From contig NMRA01000271.1 of assembly GCA_002633005.1 (NCBI GenBank), forward strand, positions 507,722 through 571,721: a DNA stretch of 64,000 bases, written 5' to 3'. Made by a program: the position numbers and the translations under genes. The stretch's first letter is position 1, and every line of letters starts with the position of its first letter. The notes beneath the pieces were generated by a model. The model searched no databases. It was not told where the DNA came from and worked only from the letters and a program-made list of their open reading frames with translations. Of this stretch, positions 50,101 to 59,331 are shown piece by piece. The stretch is from Phoronis australis. Lineage: Eukaryota > Animalia > Phoronida.

Positions 50101-53100
50101 TTCTGTTTAGGAGATGATGATGTCTTCCTCTTTTCAGATGGATTTTGCATTATTCTGTGCCGTCTGGTGGCAATTTTAGAATTTTTTGCAATGTTTTTGA
50201 TGGCCATCTCTATCCGCCAAACCACTTAGAGGATTATCATTATGCGTCCACATATAAATATGTCGTCAGCTCTGTCCGTCCGTCCAGGCGGTGTCCATCC
50301 GGCGTCCGCTGCTCTATCTCTAAAACCGATTGATGTATGTTCATGAAATTTTGCACATATGTTCCTTTCATGGATGGGAAAGCATAAGCGAATGTTGGGA
50401 CGGATCCGACTACCCGTGTGCCCCCTATTGGAAGTTTTATTTTTTTTACATTTACCTCTGTATCTTCAGAGGTCCTCAACATATTTTCACAAAATTTAGT
50501 ATATAGGCATCTATTAGTGAGACCACAATATTCTCTTGTTTTCAGATGGATTTGATGTAGTTTTCACCACCTTGTGGGTGTTTTTACTGTTTTCGAGTCT
50601 GTTTTTTAGCGTCCACTCCTCTATCACCCAAACCGCTCTAAGCATGATTGTGAAAATTGGCATGTATGTTCTTATTATGAGGAGGACGGTTGACAATGAT
50701 TTTCCGACGTCTTTGAGTACTGTGACGCCTCCTAGTGGCGGTTTTGTTCTCGTTTGCGCCTATGGCTATATCTCCTACACTGTTTGCAGGATCTTTACTA
50801 AGTTTAGTTAGTGCATTTATATGATGATGACAACAGATCTGACTACGGGTGTGCCACCTAGTGGCAATTTTATTTTTTTACATTTACTTCTTAACAGGTC
50901 CTCAATGTATTTTCATTTACTTTGGTTTACGGCCTTCTGTTAGTGAGGTGACGCTAGTTTTCCGTTTTCAGATGGATTCGGCGTAGTTTGCGCCACCTAG
51001 TGGCCATTTTTACTGTTCTCGAGTTAACCAAACCGCTTTCAGGATAATTGTGAAAATTGGCATGTATGTTTTTACTATGAAGTGGGTGGCTGATGACTTC
51101 GACTATTGTGGCGCCTCCTAGTGGTAGTTTCGTTTTTTGTGCCCATGGCTGTATCTCCTAAACCATTTGCAGGATCTTTACTAAATTTAACAAGTGTGTT
51201 TATATGATGTTGACAACAGATGAGGACTATTTTTGGATGGATCCGACTATTGGTGGTAGTTTTGTTTTGTTTTCTTTTGCACTCATAGCGGTATCGTTCG
51301 TCCAGACATTTTTCTCATGTTGCCGATCATACATGTAGATGGCACGTTGTAGAACAGATTTGAACTTAAACCCGACTCCACGCTATCTTAAAAATCCAAG
51401 GGACGCTACTTGGAAATCTTAAGGAGGATTTCAGGTAATTTGCTTGAGTCGAAACTGTATTATTCAAGCATTCAAGTCACCATATAACGATTGCGAGGCA
51501 GTCAGTCGGCGAGTTTTCGCCCTGGGATTTCAGCACAATTTTCTGTAAAATGATCGTAATTTAGCAGCAAAGTTTGATAGCAATACACCACGGTTTTGTA
51601 GAAAGTCTTTCATTGATTACAGATATGTCACAGAGCGTAAATATGATGAATCTTAGCTTCCGATTTCACCCCTTTCGGATACCTGCCTCCCGTTCAGTAA
51701 CGCTAGGACCTCTCTAAAAAGCACGACTTTGCAAGATTACATGAGATATTGCCGTGCATTTTAGATGAGTGCACGTAACTTTGACTAGTTTTAGCTAGGT
51801 CCTAGCGTAGGTCCTAGTGTCTACTGAACGCACGTCGGGTTTCAACCACCTTGAGTTATAATAAGCGTCCCCCCCCCTTGAAACAAACTTTTCTAAGCGC
51901 CCTGGGCAGTTATTAGTTCACAGCGAATATGGTAAACAACCCTAAAAGCCCAACATTTGCGATGCATTCATGGGCGCATTTCAACGCTCGGCATTGCTCT
52001 TGTGAAAATTGGAAGATGTATTCCTGTTAAGACCTCAAATTGACACTGATTTTTAGACGACTTTGACTAATCTGGTGGTCCCAAATGGTAATTTAATTTT
52101 TTTTTGCGTCCACAGTTGTATCTCCATAGCTCTTTGGAGCATTTGTGTGATATTTTGCTGACATTTTTCTGTTGAGATGGTAACCAATTACAATGGGTTT
52201 GACATCATTTCAACTACAGCTGTGCCCCCTAAAGGTAATTTTAATTGTATGTTTGCCTTAACTCATCAACATATTTACTGAAATTTGGGAAATAAGTTCA
52301 CTTTCTATTTTTGGACAGGTTCGACATATTCTGCGCCACCTAGTGGCCATGCGTATTATTTTTGGTAGTTTGGTTTTAGCGTCTGCCTCTTGATCTGCCA
52401 AACTGCTTAGCATTATGAATTATAGCAGTTGTCTTTCTGTCAAAGACAACTATGACTTCCTTACTGGTTATTTGTATTTTTGCCATCATGGCTGTAGCTT
52501 CTGATTCATGTGCAGGATGTTTGTGAACTATAGAAAACATCTGCTAGAGTGGATTTGAATTGGATATTTACGTGTTTGCCAAAACGAGGCTCTTGTGTAT
52601 TGCAATGGTGTTTTAAAGTTTTTCGTCATGTTCTTGCTGTAAAAATCATGAAAGTTGCTGCATTTGTCTCACTGATTATGGTCTACACCTATCAGACTGC
52701 TGAATGTTGTATGTGTGATTGTTATGTACTCATCTGTAGCATTCATTTAGCTTTTGTAAAGAACTAGGAACCTGTATTTGTAACTCAGTGGCACTAATAA
52801 TAATATTATAATGTTATTTGGAAAGGTCAATGTTGGACATTCAAATTCTCATTTTCATCAAAACCATTAAAAATTCATCCTGAACTTGCAGTTTGTGAGC
52901 TGATGGTCTTGTTGCGCTTTGCCATTCCGCTTAAAATGTGAGCGTACTGCTTCGCTTTTTAGTGTTCTATTTTGCGTCTGGGTTAATAAAATCTTCGTAG
53001 TTGAAGCAAGCACTATTGTACATGTTTTGGTGTCAGCATTCTAATTGACATACACCAGATTTCTGATACATAGTAAAGAAAGTAACTTATTGTCCATAGG

Positions 53101-53680
53101 TAGTCCAAAAATGACAAAACTGCACTTCCAACAAATTTTTGCATCGACTGCAACAACAAAAATGCGCTCTGATTCAACGAGTTTTTTGCACCATCTAATG
53201 TCCATTTTCATGACACTTTAAGAAAGAGCACTAGGAGCACACTGTTTGTGTTGCAGCCATCAGCGCATTTCAGGGCTCCCTGTTGCTCTTGTAAACATTT
53301 CTATCAAGTTTTTAAGCTGTACCTTCTGAGTAGAAATAGGTTGACATCTGTTTAACGCCCTCTTTACAGTCAACCATGAAGTCATCAGCGCTCCTGTTGA
53401 AGAACCGTCCACATCACAGCCCACTGCTGGTGGCAATGTTGGGGATGGCGACATCATTCGACAAACCTCATCCCAGCCATTGTCCAACAGCCCAGGGGAC
53501 CATGCAGATGGAAGAGTTGCGAGCCCCACCTCGAGTGACTCTCTCAGAGATTTACTTCTCAAGTACTTCAAGAAGGGAAGTTTCTCCGAATCTTACACTG
53601 TCAATGTTATGAAGGAGCTGCATAAATCCAGACTGCATATTGATGAAGAAAGTGACGCAATTCAGCCTAGTTCACCCTAA
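14009..53680 (+). CDS. TRPC: Whole gene span: divergent TRPC-family (short transient receptor potential) cation channel, 12-14 coding exons
   Basis: Exons joined at GT-AG sites with compatible phases. The core 16162-53680 sums to 2346 nt (781 aa + stop). Motifs: TRP_2-like PHDYFC...[32 protein letters not shown]1-S6, LFW pore helix, [23 protein letters not shown]. The symbol is family-level only. Confidence 0.92.
15337..15492 (+). CDS. Tentative N-terminal exon (PEYVQEQ...LQLMPKQ); alternative acceptor at 15319
   Basis: ttttccag acceptor, open frame, cag|gtattc donor in phase 0, matching the next exon. Confidence 0.5.
16162..16345 (+). CDS. TRPC: TRPC-like exon ([10 protein letters not shown]...[17 protein letters not shown]), degenerate ankyrin-like helix
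   Basis: ctcttctag acceptor; g|gtgagt donor in phase 1, compatible with the exon at 17351. Confidence 0.75.
16486..16626. mobile_element. hAT-like MITE
   Basis: TIR cagtggcggat / atccacccctg; its aactcaaaatccgggatcc is the reverse complement of the 4957-4975 motif. Confidence 0.5.
17351..17670 (+). CDS. TRPC: TRPC-like exon: last ankyrin-like repeat plus TRP_2 region
   Basis: ttctttttag acceptor; [57 protein letters not shown]; aag|gtacag donor. Confidence 0.93.
18538..18711 (+). CDS. TRPC: TRPC-like exon: linker helices ([17 protein letters not shown]...KYEAKQ)
   Basis: tttttccag acceptor, cag|gtagca donor, 58 codons; matches the TRPC EY..L...C..F..DLL...R...ELE..L pattern. Confidence 0.92.
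20110..20301 (+). CDS. TRPC: TRPC-like exon: FVAH motif and pre-S1 elbow
   Basis: tcatttcag acceptor, [11 protein letters not shown]...ILKEK, aag|gtaaat donor, 64 codons. Confidence 0.92.
20518..20707 (+). CDS. TRPC: TRPC-like exon: S1 and start of S2
   Basis: tctcttcag acceptor; [20 protein letters not shown] (compare P.IKF..H..SY..FL.LL); g|gtaaga donor in phase 1. Confidence 0.93.
20996..22391 (-). mobile_element. Internally deleted Gypsy-like LTR element (LTR-PBS-integrase fragment-PPT-LTR)
   Basis: Degenerate direct repeats at 20996-21099 and 22260-22391. On the minus strand the 5' LTR ends CA and is followed by TGGTGCCA (PBS); PPT AAGAGGGGGG at 21101-21110; integrase motifs FGKPDEIMT and [17 protein letters not shown]. 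Confidence 0.8.
22593..23014. mobile_element. PIF/Harbinger-like MITE
   Basis: About 35-bp TIRs ggccggttgcatgaaacagtcccaaatagggactca / tgagtccctattgggaactgttttatgcaaccagcc; ends 25 nt upstream of exon 23040. Confidence 0.75.
23040..23258 (+). CDS. TRPC: TRPC-like exon: S2-S3
   Basis: cttctgtag acceptor; [37 protein letters not shown] (compare W.E.KQLW..G...Y....WN..D); g|gtgggt donor in phase 1. Confidence 0.93.
23640..24150 (+). mobile_element. Degenerate non-LTR retrotransposon ORF2 C-terminal fragment
   Basis: Broken frames read [11 protein letters not shown]...[11 protein letters not shown]...ARGECGR...YW, typical of the post-RT region of LINEs. Confidence 0.65.
24230..28100 (+). mobile_element. 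Degenerate Ty3/Gypsy-like gag-pol relic
   Basis: Protease-like [12 protein letters not shown]; [20 protein letters not shown]; [29 protein letters not shown]; RNase H-like LPCEIEAL; integrase FAADV...[10 protein letters not shown]...IRIDP..GF. Domain order PR-RT-RH-IN, many stops and frameshifts. Boundaries approximate. Confidence 0.85.
28903..29034. mobile_element. Small (about 130 bp) MITE, same family as 51685-51836
   Basis: agttcagt...actgaact inverted ends; shares the core ttgcaagattac.tgaga..ttgc.gtg.attttagatgag with 51729-51770. Confidence 0.55.
29060..30365 (+). mobile_element. 5'-truncated CR1/L2-group LINE with reverse transcriptase relic
   Basis: [17 protein letters not shown]; [14 protein letters not shown]...[12 protein letters not shown]...[10 protein letters not shown]..(F)ADD; C-terminal [14 protein letters not shown]; (GAA)n tail at about 30348-30363. 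Confidence 0.9.
31515..31970 (+). repeat. Minisatellite, about 12 copies of an ~37-bp unit
   Basis: Consensus gtacatgaaacgggggaaagttatagggttctactga repeated in tandem with divergence. Confidence 0.92.
32570..32707 (+). CDS. TRPC: TRPC-like exon: S4 and S4-S5 linker (absent from the ORF track)
   Basis: gtatttcag acceptor; [47 protein letters not shown]; g|gtactt donor in phase 1. Confidence 0.93.
33346..33460 (+). CDS. TRPC: TRPC-like exon: S5
   Basis: gtatttcag acceptor; [37 protein letters not shown]; tc|gtaagt donor in phase 2. Confidence 0.92.
34240..35010 (+). mobile_element. Highly deleted Gypsy-like relic (gag and RT pieces)
   Basis: [22 protein letters not shown] (gag motif), followed by a [12 protein letters not shown]-like RT thumb motif; LTR-like aataaa region upstream. 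Confidence 0.65.
36660..38233. mobile_element. Unclassified TIR element, about 1.57 kb
   Basis: gacctac(tc)ttaaagtccttct at 36660 is inverted relative to agaaggactttaagtaggtc at 38214-38233; no ORF of note. Confidence 0.55.
38999..39194 (+). CDS. TRPC: TRPC-like exon: pore helix, filter and S6
   Basis: atcaacag acceptor in phase 2; [12 protein letters not shown]...[30 protein letters not shown]; gaa|gtaagt donor. Confidence 0.95.
39985..40498 (-). mobile_element. Penelope-like element 3' fragment (GIY-YIG endonuclease), left arm
   Basis: [30 protein letters not shown]...[18 protein letters not shown]: GIY-YIG domain with the PLE-type CxxC insert. Confidence 0.9.
40523..41012 (+). mobile_element. 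Penelope-like element 3' fragment (GIY-YIG endonuclease), right arm
   Basis: [30 protein letters not shown]...REATEIQV; inverted copy of 39985-40498. Confidence 0.9.
41085..41261 (+). CDS. TRPC: TRPC-like exon: TRP box / TRP domain (alternative donor at 41267)
   Basis: ttcttacag acceptor; [34 protein letters not shown]; donor agg|gtacat or cat|gtatgt, both phase 0. Confidence 0.95.
42875..44585 (+). mobile_element. Helentron-associated HINE (DINE-1-like), copy 1
   Basis: 5' subTIR atgcacccaca with adjacent inverted tgtggacgcat, (GTCC)n microsatellite, central tandem array, 3' subTIR gtgggcgcat plus hairpin caacgc-tcc-gcgttg; T-rich target, no TSD. Confidence 0.88.
44787..46175. mobile_element. 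PIF/Harbinger-like MITE with CGG target duplication
   Basis: Perfect TIR ggcccggtctccaatctccgtactcagactc; flanking cgg at 44784-44786 and 46176-46178; tactc/gagta subterminal repeats. Confidence 0.85.
46668..48458 (+). mobile_element. Kolobok-like non-autonomous element (TTAA TSD), copy 1
   Basis: ttaa|aggagaatgccaccc ... gggtggcattctcct|ttaa. Confidence 0.85.
46999..47833 (+). repeat. 417-bp near-perfect tandem duplication split by a single N (probable assembly artefact)
   Basis: 46999-47415 and 47417-47833 differ at only about 3 positions seen by eye; N at 47416. Confidence 0.85.
49057..49186 (+). CDS. TRPC: TRPC-like exon: rib/connecting helix (absent from the ORF track)
   Basis: tttattttag acceptor; [43 protein letters not shown] (compare Y..LMKRL..RY); g|gtaaga donor supplies exactly the phase 0 to 1 bridge needed. 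Confidence 0.85.
50242..52003 (+). mobile_element. HINE, copy 3 (interrupted by a MITE fragment at 51297-51933)
   Basis: atgcgtccacatataaatatg start, GTCC repeats, same central array, 3' tgggcgcatttcaacgctcggcattgctcttg. Confidence 0.82.
51297..51933 (+). mobile_element. Right arm of the TACCGTA-type MITE, with a small MITE at 51685-51836
   Basis: Collinear with 42697-42868 + 44586-44783 + 46177-46264; ends gcgaatatggta. Confidence 0.8.
53370..53680 (+). CDS. TRPC: TRPC-like terminal coding exon
   Basis: tctttacag acceptor in phase 1; open frame (V)NHEVISAP...[12 protein letters not shown]...QPSSP, stop TAA at 53678-53680; SLRDLLL resembles the TRPC C-terminal SLRYELL. Confidence 0.8.
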
Positions 53681-56600
53681 CATGATGATGTTTTGTGGTG
53701 GGCACTTACACCCAGTTGTCACCTGCTATCATTACCTCCACTGCACTCTGAATTATTGTTTTTTTTTCGGTAGCTTTTACGATATTCTCTTGACTAGGGG
53801 GTGGGGTATCCAAATAGTTTAGTGTCTGTGTCAGCAATTGACCTATCACAAGCTCAGCCCCCTTGCAAAAAGTCACGTGACACCTGACTAACAAACAGTA
53901 AGATTTAAACGACAACATATTGTTTGTCAAGTGAAATGGTGGCTTAATTGAAACGAAAGTGCGTCAAGAATTCTGCATTCTGATTGGTCAGTTAAGCTGT
54001 CACTCGATATCCTGGCGATAAGTCAGTTTTTCCCAGCTGTAATTTTGGTAGTAGTTGAGAAACAAGGTATCTTACAAAAGTATTTAACTTCACGATTTTT
54101 TTTATCGTAGCATGGCAAGACATCAGTCCTTTTGTATGATATTTGCACGCTACTTCCATCATAGTTGGAGCTATTGGAGGAAGTGGTAGTTAGGTGGTGA
54201 TAATCATTGGCTATGTTACTGCGTGGCGTAAACATTGTATTTTTAAGGTTTTGTCTTTACATTTATATGGCTTTTTTTAAGGAGGCTGTTTTATGGATGA
54301 TCGTCTTGCTTACTGTGATTCATTGTCATTGGAAATGTAGATGTCATGTTAAGCAATTTCATCACTGACATCTGTATTGTATTGGATAACTGATATTTTG
54401 TTAGTATTTACCATGTGTTTTAGGCATTGTTTAAGTTTATGTAGGAACCTAGAAAATTCATTATTTGGCTAACTTCGGAGGTCATGTCTCATTTTTCAAA
54501 ACACTATTCCACTTTTGCAAGAGAATTTTTTTTGATTCTCGTCAAAAAATATCAAAAGTTGTTTAAAACGAAAATGAAATGATAATTTAGCGAGCTGTAT
54601 CTGAGATTTCATCATGAGCATTGATCTCGAATGATTTTGCTATCAATGCTCTATTCTTTTTTGACAAATTTTCTAAAAATACACGATCACATGATCCAAT
54701 TATTGGTAGCAAGTCAGAGATCAAGTTTTACCTTTAAGAAAATAATTATGTTCTTTTACTGATTAAATTGCATGATTTTGTAGATGTATAGCCAAGTACA
54801 CAGCCCTTTTGATAACGGACTACACCAGCTTAGCCATATTCAGAAAATACTCATAGGGCATAATAGAAATTTGGATATCATAAGAGAATGTTGGGTTAGC
54901 TTTAGCAATGTAATCAGCTGCAATATCATGTTGTCAATGAATGCTTGCTTTGCACATTCAAATAGAACGCTGTGTGTATATATTCATCTTAAAAAGGGGC
55001 ATTGTTCGAGAGTAATGTGTGTTAGCCTGTGATAGCTCTCGAGTGATTTCCAGGATGTGGCAGAAATAAGGAGTAAGGAACAAAAAATGATCTTGCCATT
55101 CCTGCCGCATGTTTAGTTTTTTATCTCTTAATGATAAAGAGTTCTACTAATTGTATTAATACTTAGGTTTTAGAATGGACTAGTGAGTACAGTGATAAAC
55201 TTTACTCGAACCATTTTTATGTGTGTATTGCATTTTTGCTATGACTTGCTTTTGGGGCAATTGTGTCTGGTCAGAATCTCATAAATAAACCCTGATTCTG
55301 CCAAGTGCTTGTTCAGTTGAGCCTGGTTTAGTACCAAAAACAAAACGTGTTTAGATAATAAAATGTACCTTCAGTTGAAAATCAACATTTGATAAGGGCC
55401 CGCGTTATAGTTACGGAAATAGTTAAGTAGAGGTGTCTGCATTTGGAGAACAGCTGATTTTTCCACTGAATAACAGGCACCAAAATGTTTATCAAAATCC
55501 ACAGTGGCAGATCTACATTTTCAGTAAGGGGGGTTTAGGATTCGAGTGAATCCGGACCGCGTAGCGCTGAGGGGAATGAAGGTCGGCAGGGGGCAAAGCT
55601 TCCCTCCCATGTAAGATTTTTTTGTGGTTTTTAGTAGCTGATTTCATTTTTCTGGCGAAATTCTTTTCATTTTTTGATCCTGTGCCGAGGGGGGGTTGAA
55701 CCCCCTNTTCGCCTCTGATCCGGGAGTACTGTAAGTGACGTTTGCCCCTATAATTACCGGGATGCCCAAACGATTTGCATGATTAACGAACGGATAAAAC
55801 GCTTAGACCAACTAGGTTTATTTCACTGGTTTCATGCGAACCCTAAAAGCAAATTTCAATCTACTCATTGATTAGCGAGCATTCTGTTAAACAACCGGCG
55901 CACGGTCTATAGCCGGGCGGTTGCTAGTAATACTGAGGGCACTTGATATGTAAACAATACACACATTGATCATTTCTTTGATGCGCTCTTGTAATCGTTA
56001 CTATTAAAGGTTACTGTTTCTGTAACCTAATTACGCTATAAAATTTAAAGCTTTTAAGTTATACCTGTTGCCTTGACTAACGAGCGGAAAATTGGACTCC
56101 AACATTAAGTTGTCGTTTCGTGCCAATGATTAAGTCTCGCTAGACAACCTTAGACACAAAAATTCTTACTGATAGCTTGCAGAAAACAGTGGGCAACAAA
56201 CAATGTCTGTGACCGTTGTCAACAAAAGTTTTCCAAGTTACCTTAAACGCATTCCAAAATAATATGAGATTTTGACAGTCTCAAAAATTTTTTCGCTCTA
56301 TTCAATTGAAAGTGGATGCAATAGATAGTTTTTTTAGTCGTGGTGTCATTCCAATATTTACTTTGGCAAAATGAGTTTTTTATTAGCTGTAATTAACGTT
56401 TGAAAACTCGCGTTCCATGTGACAAAGGGCATTTCTCATACAAAACATTGCATTCTTACATGTGACATTTGAATGTTCGATGTGAGATTTTTTCAGTTGT
56501 GCCATGTTACAAATAGAAATGGTACATGGCGCAAACACTATATTTGTGACATGGGTTTTTCATAGCAAAATGATATAATGAATTTTAGGAGAAATTTTTG

Positions 56601-57259
56601 CATTTAGTTAATAAAAAAATATTGTTTTACAAAACGGTTGAATGTTTAAAACACTAAAGTGGGATGCCTAATTATCAATAGATAATATTTCGACCATTTT
56701 GGTCACTGATAACCAAATTATCAACAAATGACTTAAATAGTCCACAAAGTTTTTTCACATTTTTTTGCTTTATTTTCGTTATGACGATTAACTTACGGTA
56801 ATTTATTTGCATTAAAAATGTTTCTTTTCAGCACTTGCACAAAATTGGTGACATCAAAACATTTTGATCATAGATTCTAAACTTCTTTAGGGAAAAGGAA
56901 ATTATAAAGAAAAAATTATAGAAAGAATTATGTAACAGATGAATGTAATTGGAATATTCTGCAGTTTAGGCACCACCTCTTGTGACATATTGCACCAATT
57001 ACACTGGTCTGTTTCAAATAATTTTTCATTTTCAAAAAGTCACGTGACGAATTTAGTGAATCATTCCATCCATGGCACTTTTAATTTTAGAACATTACAC
57101 ATCCTTTGACCCCTAGAGATCATCCATTTCATTGGTCATGAATGTTACAATCATGACATTGAAACCAATTTTGAGTATTCTTATCATAAAAATTGTGAAA
57201 ATCTAGTTGGAGCATCCCTAATAATCATACCCAAACTTACACAATCGACGTGTGCTTAA

Positions 57260-58833
57260 AGGAGAATGCCACACGATTTAATTAGTCTTTTTGCCGTCTT
57301 AATCGGTCTATATCCACATCACCTTGCATACGGTCGACCTTACCTTGCCGAGAGGTGTCGCGTTATCCTGTGAGGAAGGTGTGAAACGACGCAGCGACGT
57401 CAGTGGTTCATTTGCAGAGTTTAATGCCGCTATTTTGCGGTGTATCGTTCCCGCTTGTCCGAACTATGCAGCTGCTAGGAAAATGGTATATCGTTTTTTA
57501 GACTTCCTCGAAAGTTCGAATGCTTAGGAAGTGGCTCGCGGTAGTGAAGAATTAAAAGTACGCTGTAAATAGCAAGTATGAGGCCGTGAAACATCTCCGT
57601 GTCTCTGTGGCCTAGCTGCAGTCGTCGCGGACGGTGCTGACGTTCATCACTGAGCGTTCTGTTTCAAAATGAATTATTCTCACCCTTAATGCTTATATGA
57701 AACTGAACTGAACAAATTCTGTCTCATTAGATACAATTTGGAATGCCTTTGGAGTGTTCGTGAATGCAAATAATTTGAGAAGCCAGCAATGAATAAATCA
57801 CTGCGTTAACGGCTTCACTGTGTAATCAAACTAATTGACGGGACACCGGCCGAAGCCGTGCCGAGCTCATGCTACTTCAGTGTTTGCTGACAGAAACTGT
57901 TGTGAAACAACTCGATTTTTATCCCACGGCCAAGTGTTAGGGGAATCTTTATTTACATTTACATTATTCAAATAATGATTGTCAATGTAAAACTTCTGCC
58001 GTGACGATTCTGTGGCCAAAGCGGAACCTGACTTAAGTTCGCGGCCCCCGACGAGTAAGTAGATTCGCAGTTTCGTGGCTAATTCACCAACATAATCACG
58101 TGCACTTTACTTCTTTGGCTCACTAGTATTTCTTAAATGGAAGTTTAGTTTCCAACTTTGGATGGTTTATGTCCGTGATGTCTGACGGATCGGCTTCCGA
58201 GCCACGGGCCGGGATAACGAGTCAGTCCCGCCGGCCGCCGCGCGGCGACGGGCCTGATCGGCGGCTCCCGCGCCGAGCCCGGCACTGGCCAGGATAACAA
58301 TCGTTTTGTGTGTTTAGAACTCAAAAAATAACAAGTCTAAACAACCCAGATCTCAGTTCCCCTGTCTGTATCTCACGGAAAAATACTTAGAATTTATCTC
58401 CCAACAGACCCCAAACTCCTGCTACGGGACCTTAGCCTCATGCCGAACTTTCAGTTGTAGGCCGGTGTGTCCAAAGACCAATCCGTAACAGCGATATAAA
58501 ACAACTCGTTTTAATAAGAACTCGGTGTATTTTTCGATATAAAACAACTCGTTTTAATAAGAACTCGGTGTATTTTTAAGGGTTTTACATTGAAGTTTGA
58601 CGATTTATTGGTGTTAAACGAATTGAATTGAAGCAATAAGCTGACACCAGTAACCCGTGTTGTGAACTGCTGAACAGACTGCGTGTCGTGAAACCAATAT
58701 AAGCCATTGAATAATTTCAACACCTCCGTCTGCCGTCAGGTGTCAGGTAACGCAACCGTGCGTGCCCTTATGGAGTAGACCTACTCGATCTAAATTGATT
58801 CAAATTAGGTTGTTTTTTGGGTGGCATGCTCCT
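57260..58833 (-). mobile_element. Kolobok-like non-autonomous element (TTAA TSD), copy 2, inverted relative to copy 1
   Basis: ttaa|aggagaatgccac ... gggtggcatgctcct|ttaa; internal sequence is the reverse complement of 46668-48458; single-TTAA empty site at about 61918. Confidence 0.88.
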
Positions 58834-59331
58834 TTAAAGATTGTTCATGTACAACCTCTGGATAGTTGTCAGACGAACGCAAAATAAAAGTATAGAAACA
58901 GATGAGTGTAATTGATACACTGTGTAATTGGAGGGTGCACACTGTATCAAATACACTCATCTGTTTGAAATAATTTTTAACTTAAAAATTTCCATGTGAT
59001 GATTTCCCGAAACTATTCCGTGGAACTTTAATCTTTGGTGACTGGATAACGTTGTTTGCAGCAAAGCAGTTCATCTACTGTTACATTCATAACATTGGTC
59101 CCAATTTTGAGTACGGTTTATTATAAAAATTGTGAAAATCTATTTAGAGCATCCCTAATAATCATACTCAAACTTGCACAATTTATAACATTTGGACAGT
59201 TGTCAGGCGAATGAAAAAATATAGAAACAAATCAGCGTAATTGATACACTGTGTAATTTGAGGTGCACACTGAACCAAGTTTACTCATTCGCTTGAAATA
59301 TATCATTTTTTTTTAACTTAAAAATGTTCCA

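Larger units (their letters stand above)
49862..52550 (+). mobile_element. Older HINE containing a nested younger HINE
   Basis: atgcaccca start, cctagtggc-type repeats on both sides of the 50242-52003 insertion; 3' end unclear. Confidence 0.6.

Noticed and set aside
53376-53612. Alternative frame (MKSSALL...) for the last exon
   Set aside because: It would suit direct phase-0 splicing from 41261, but exon 49057-49186 carries the expected rib helix and selects the frame ending at 53680.
58493-58578. 43-bp tandem duplication within the Kolobok-like copy
   Set aside because: Simple local slippage with no evident function.
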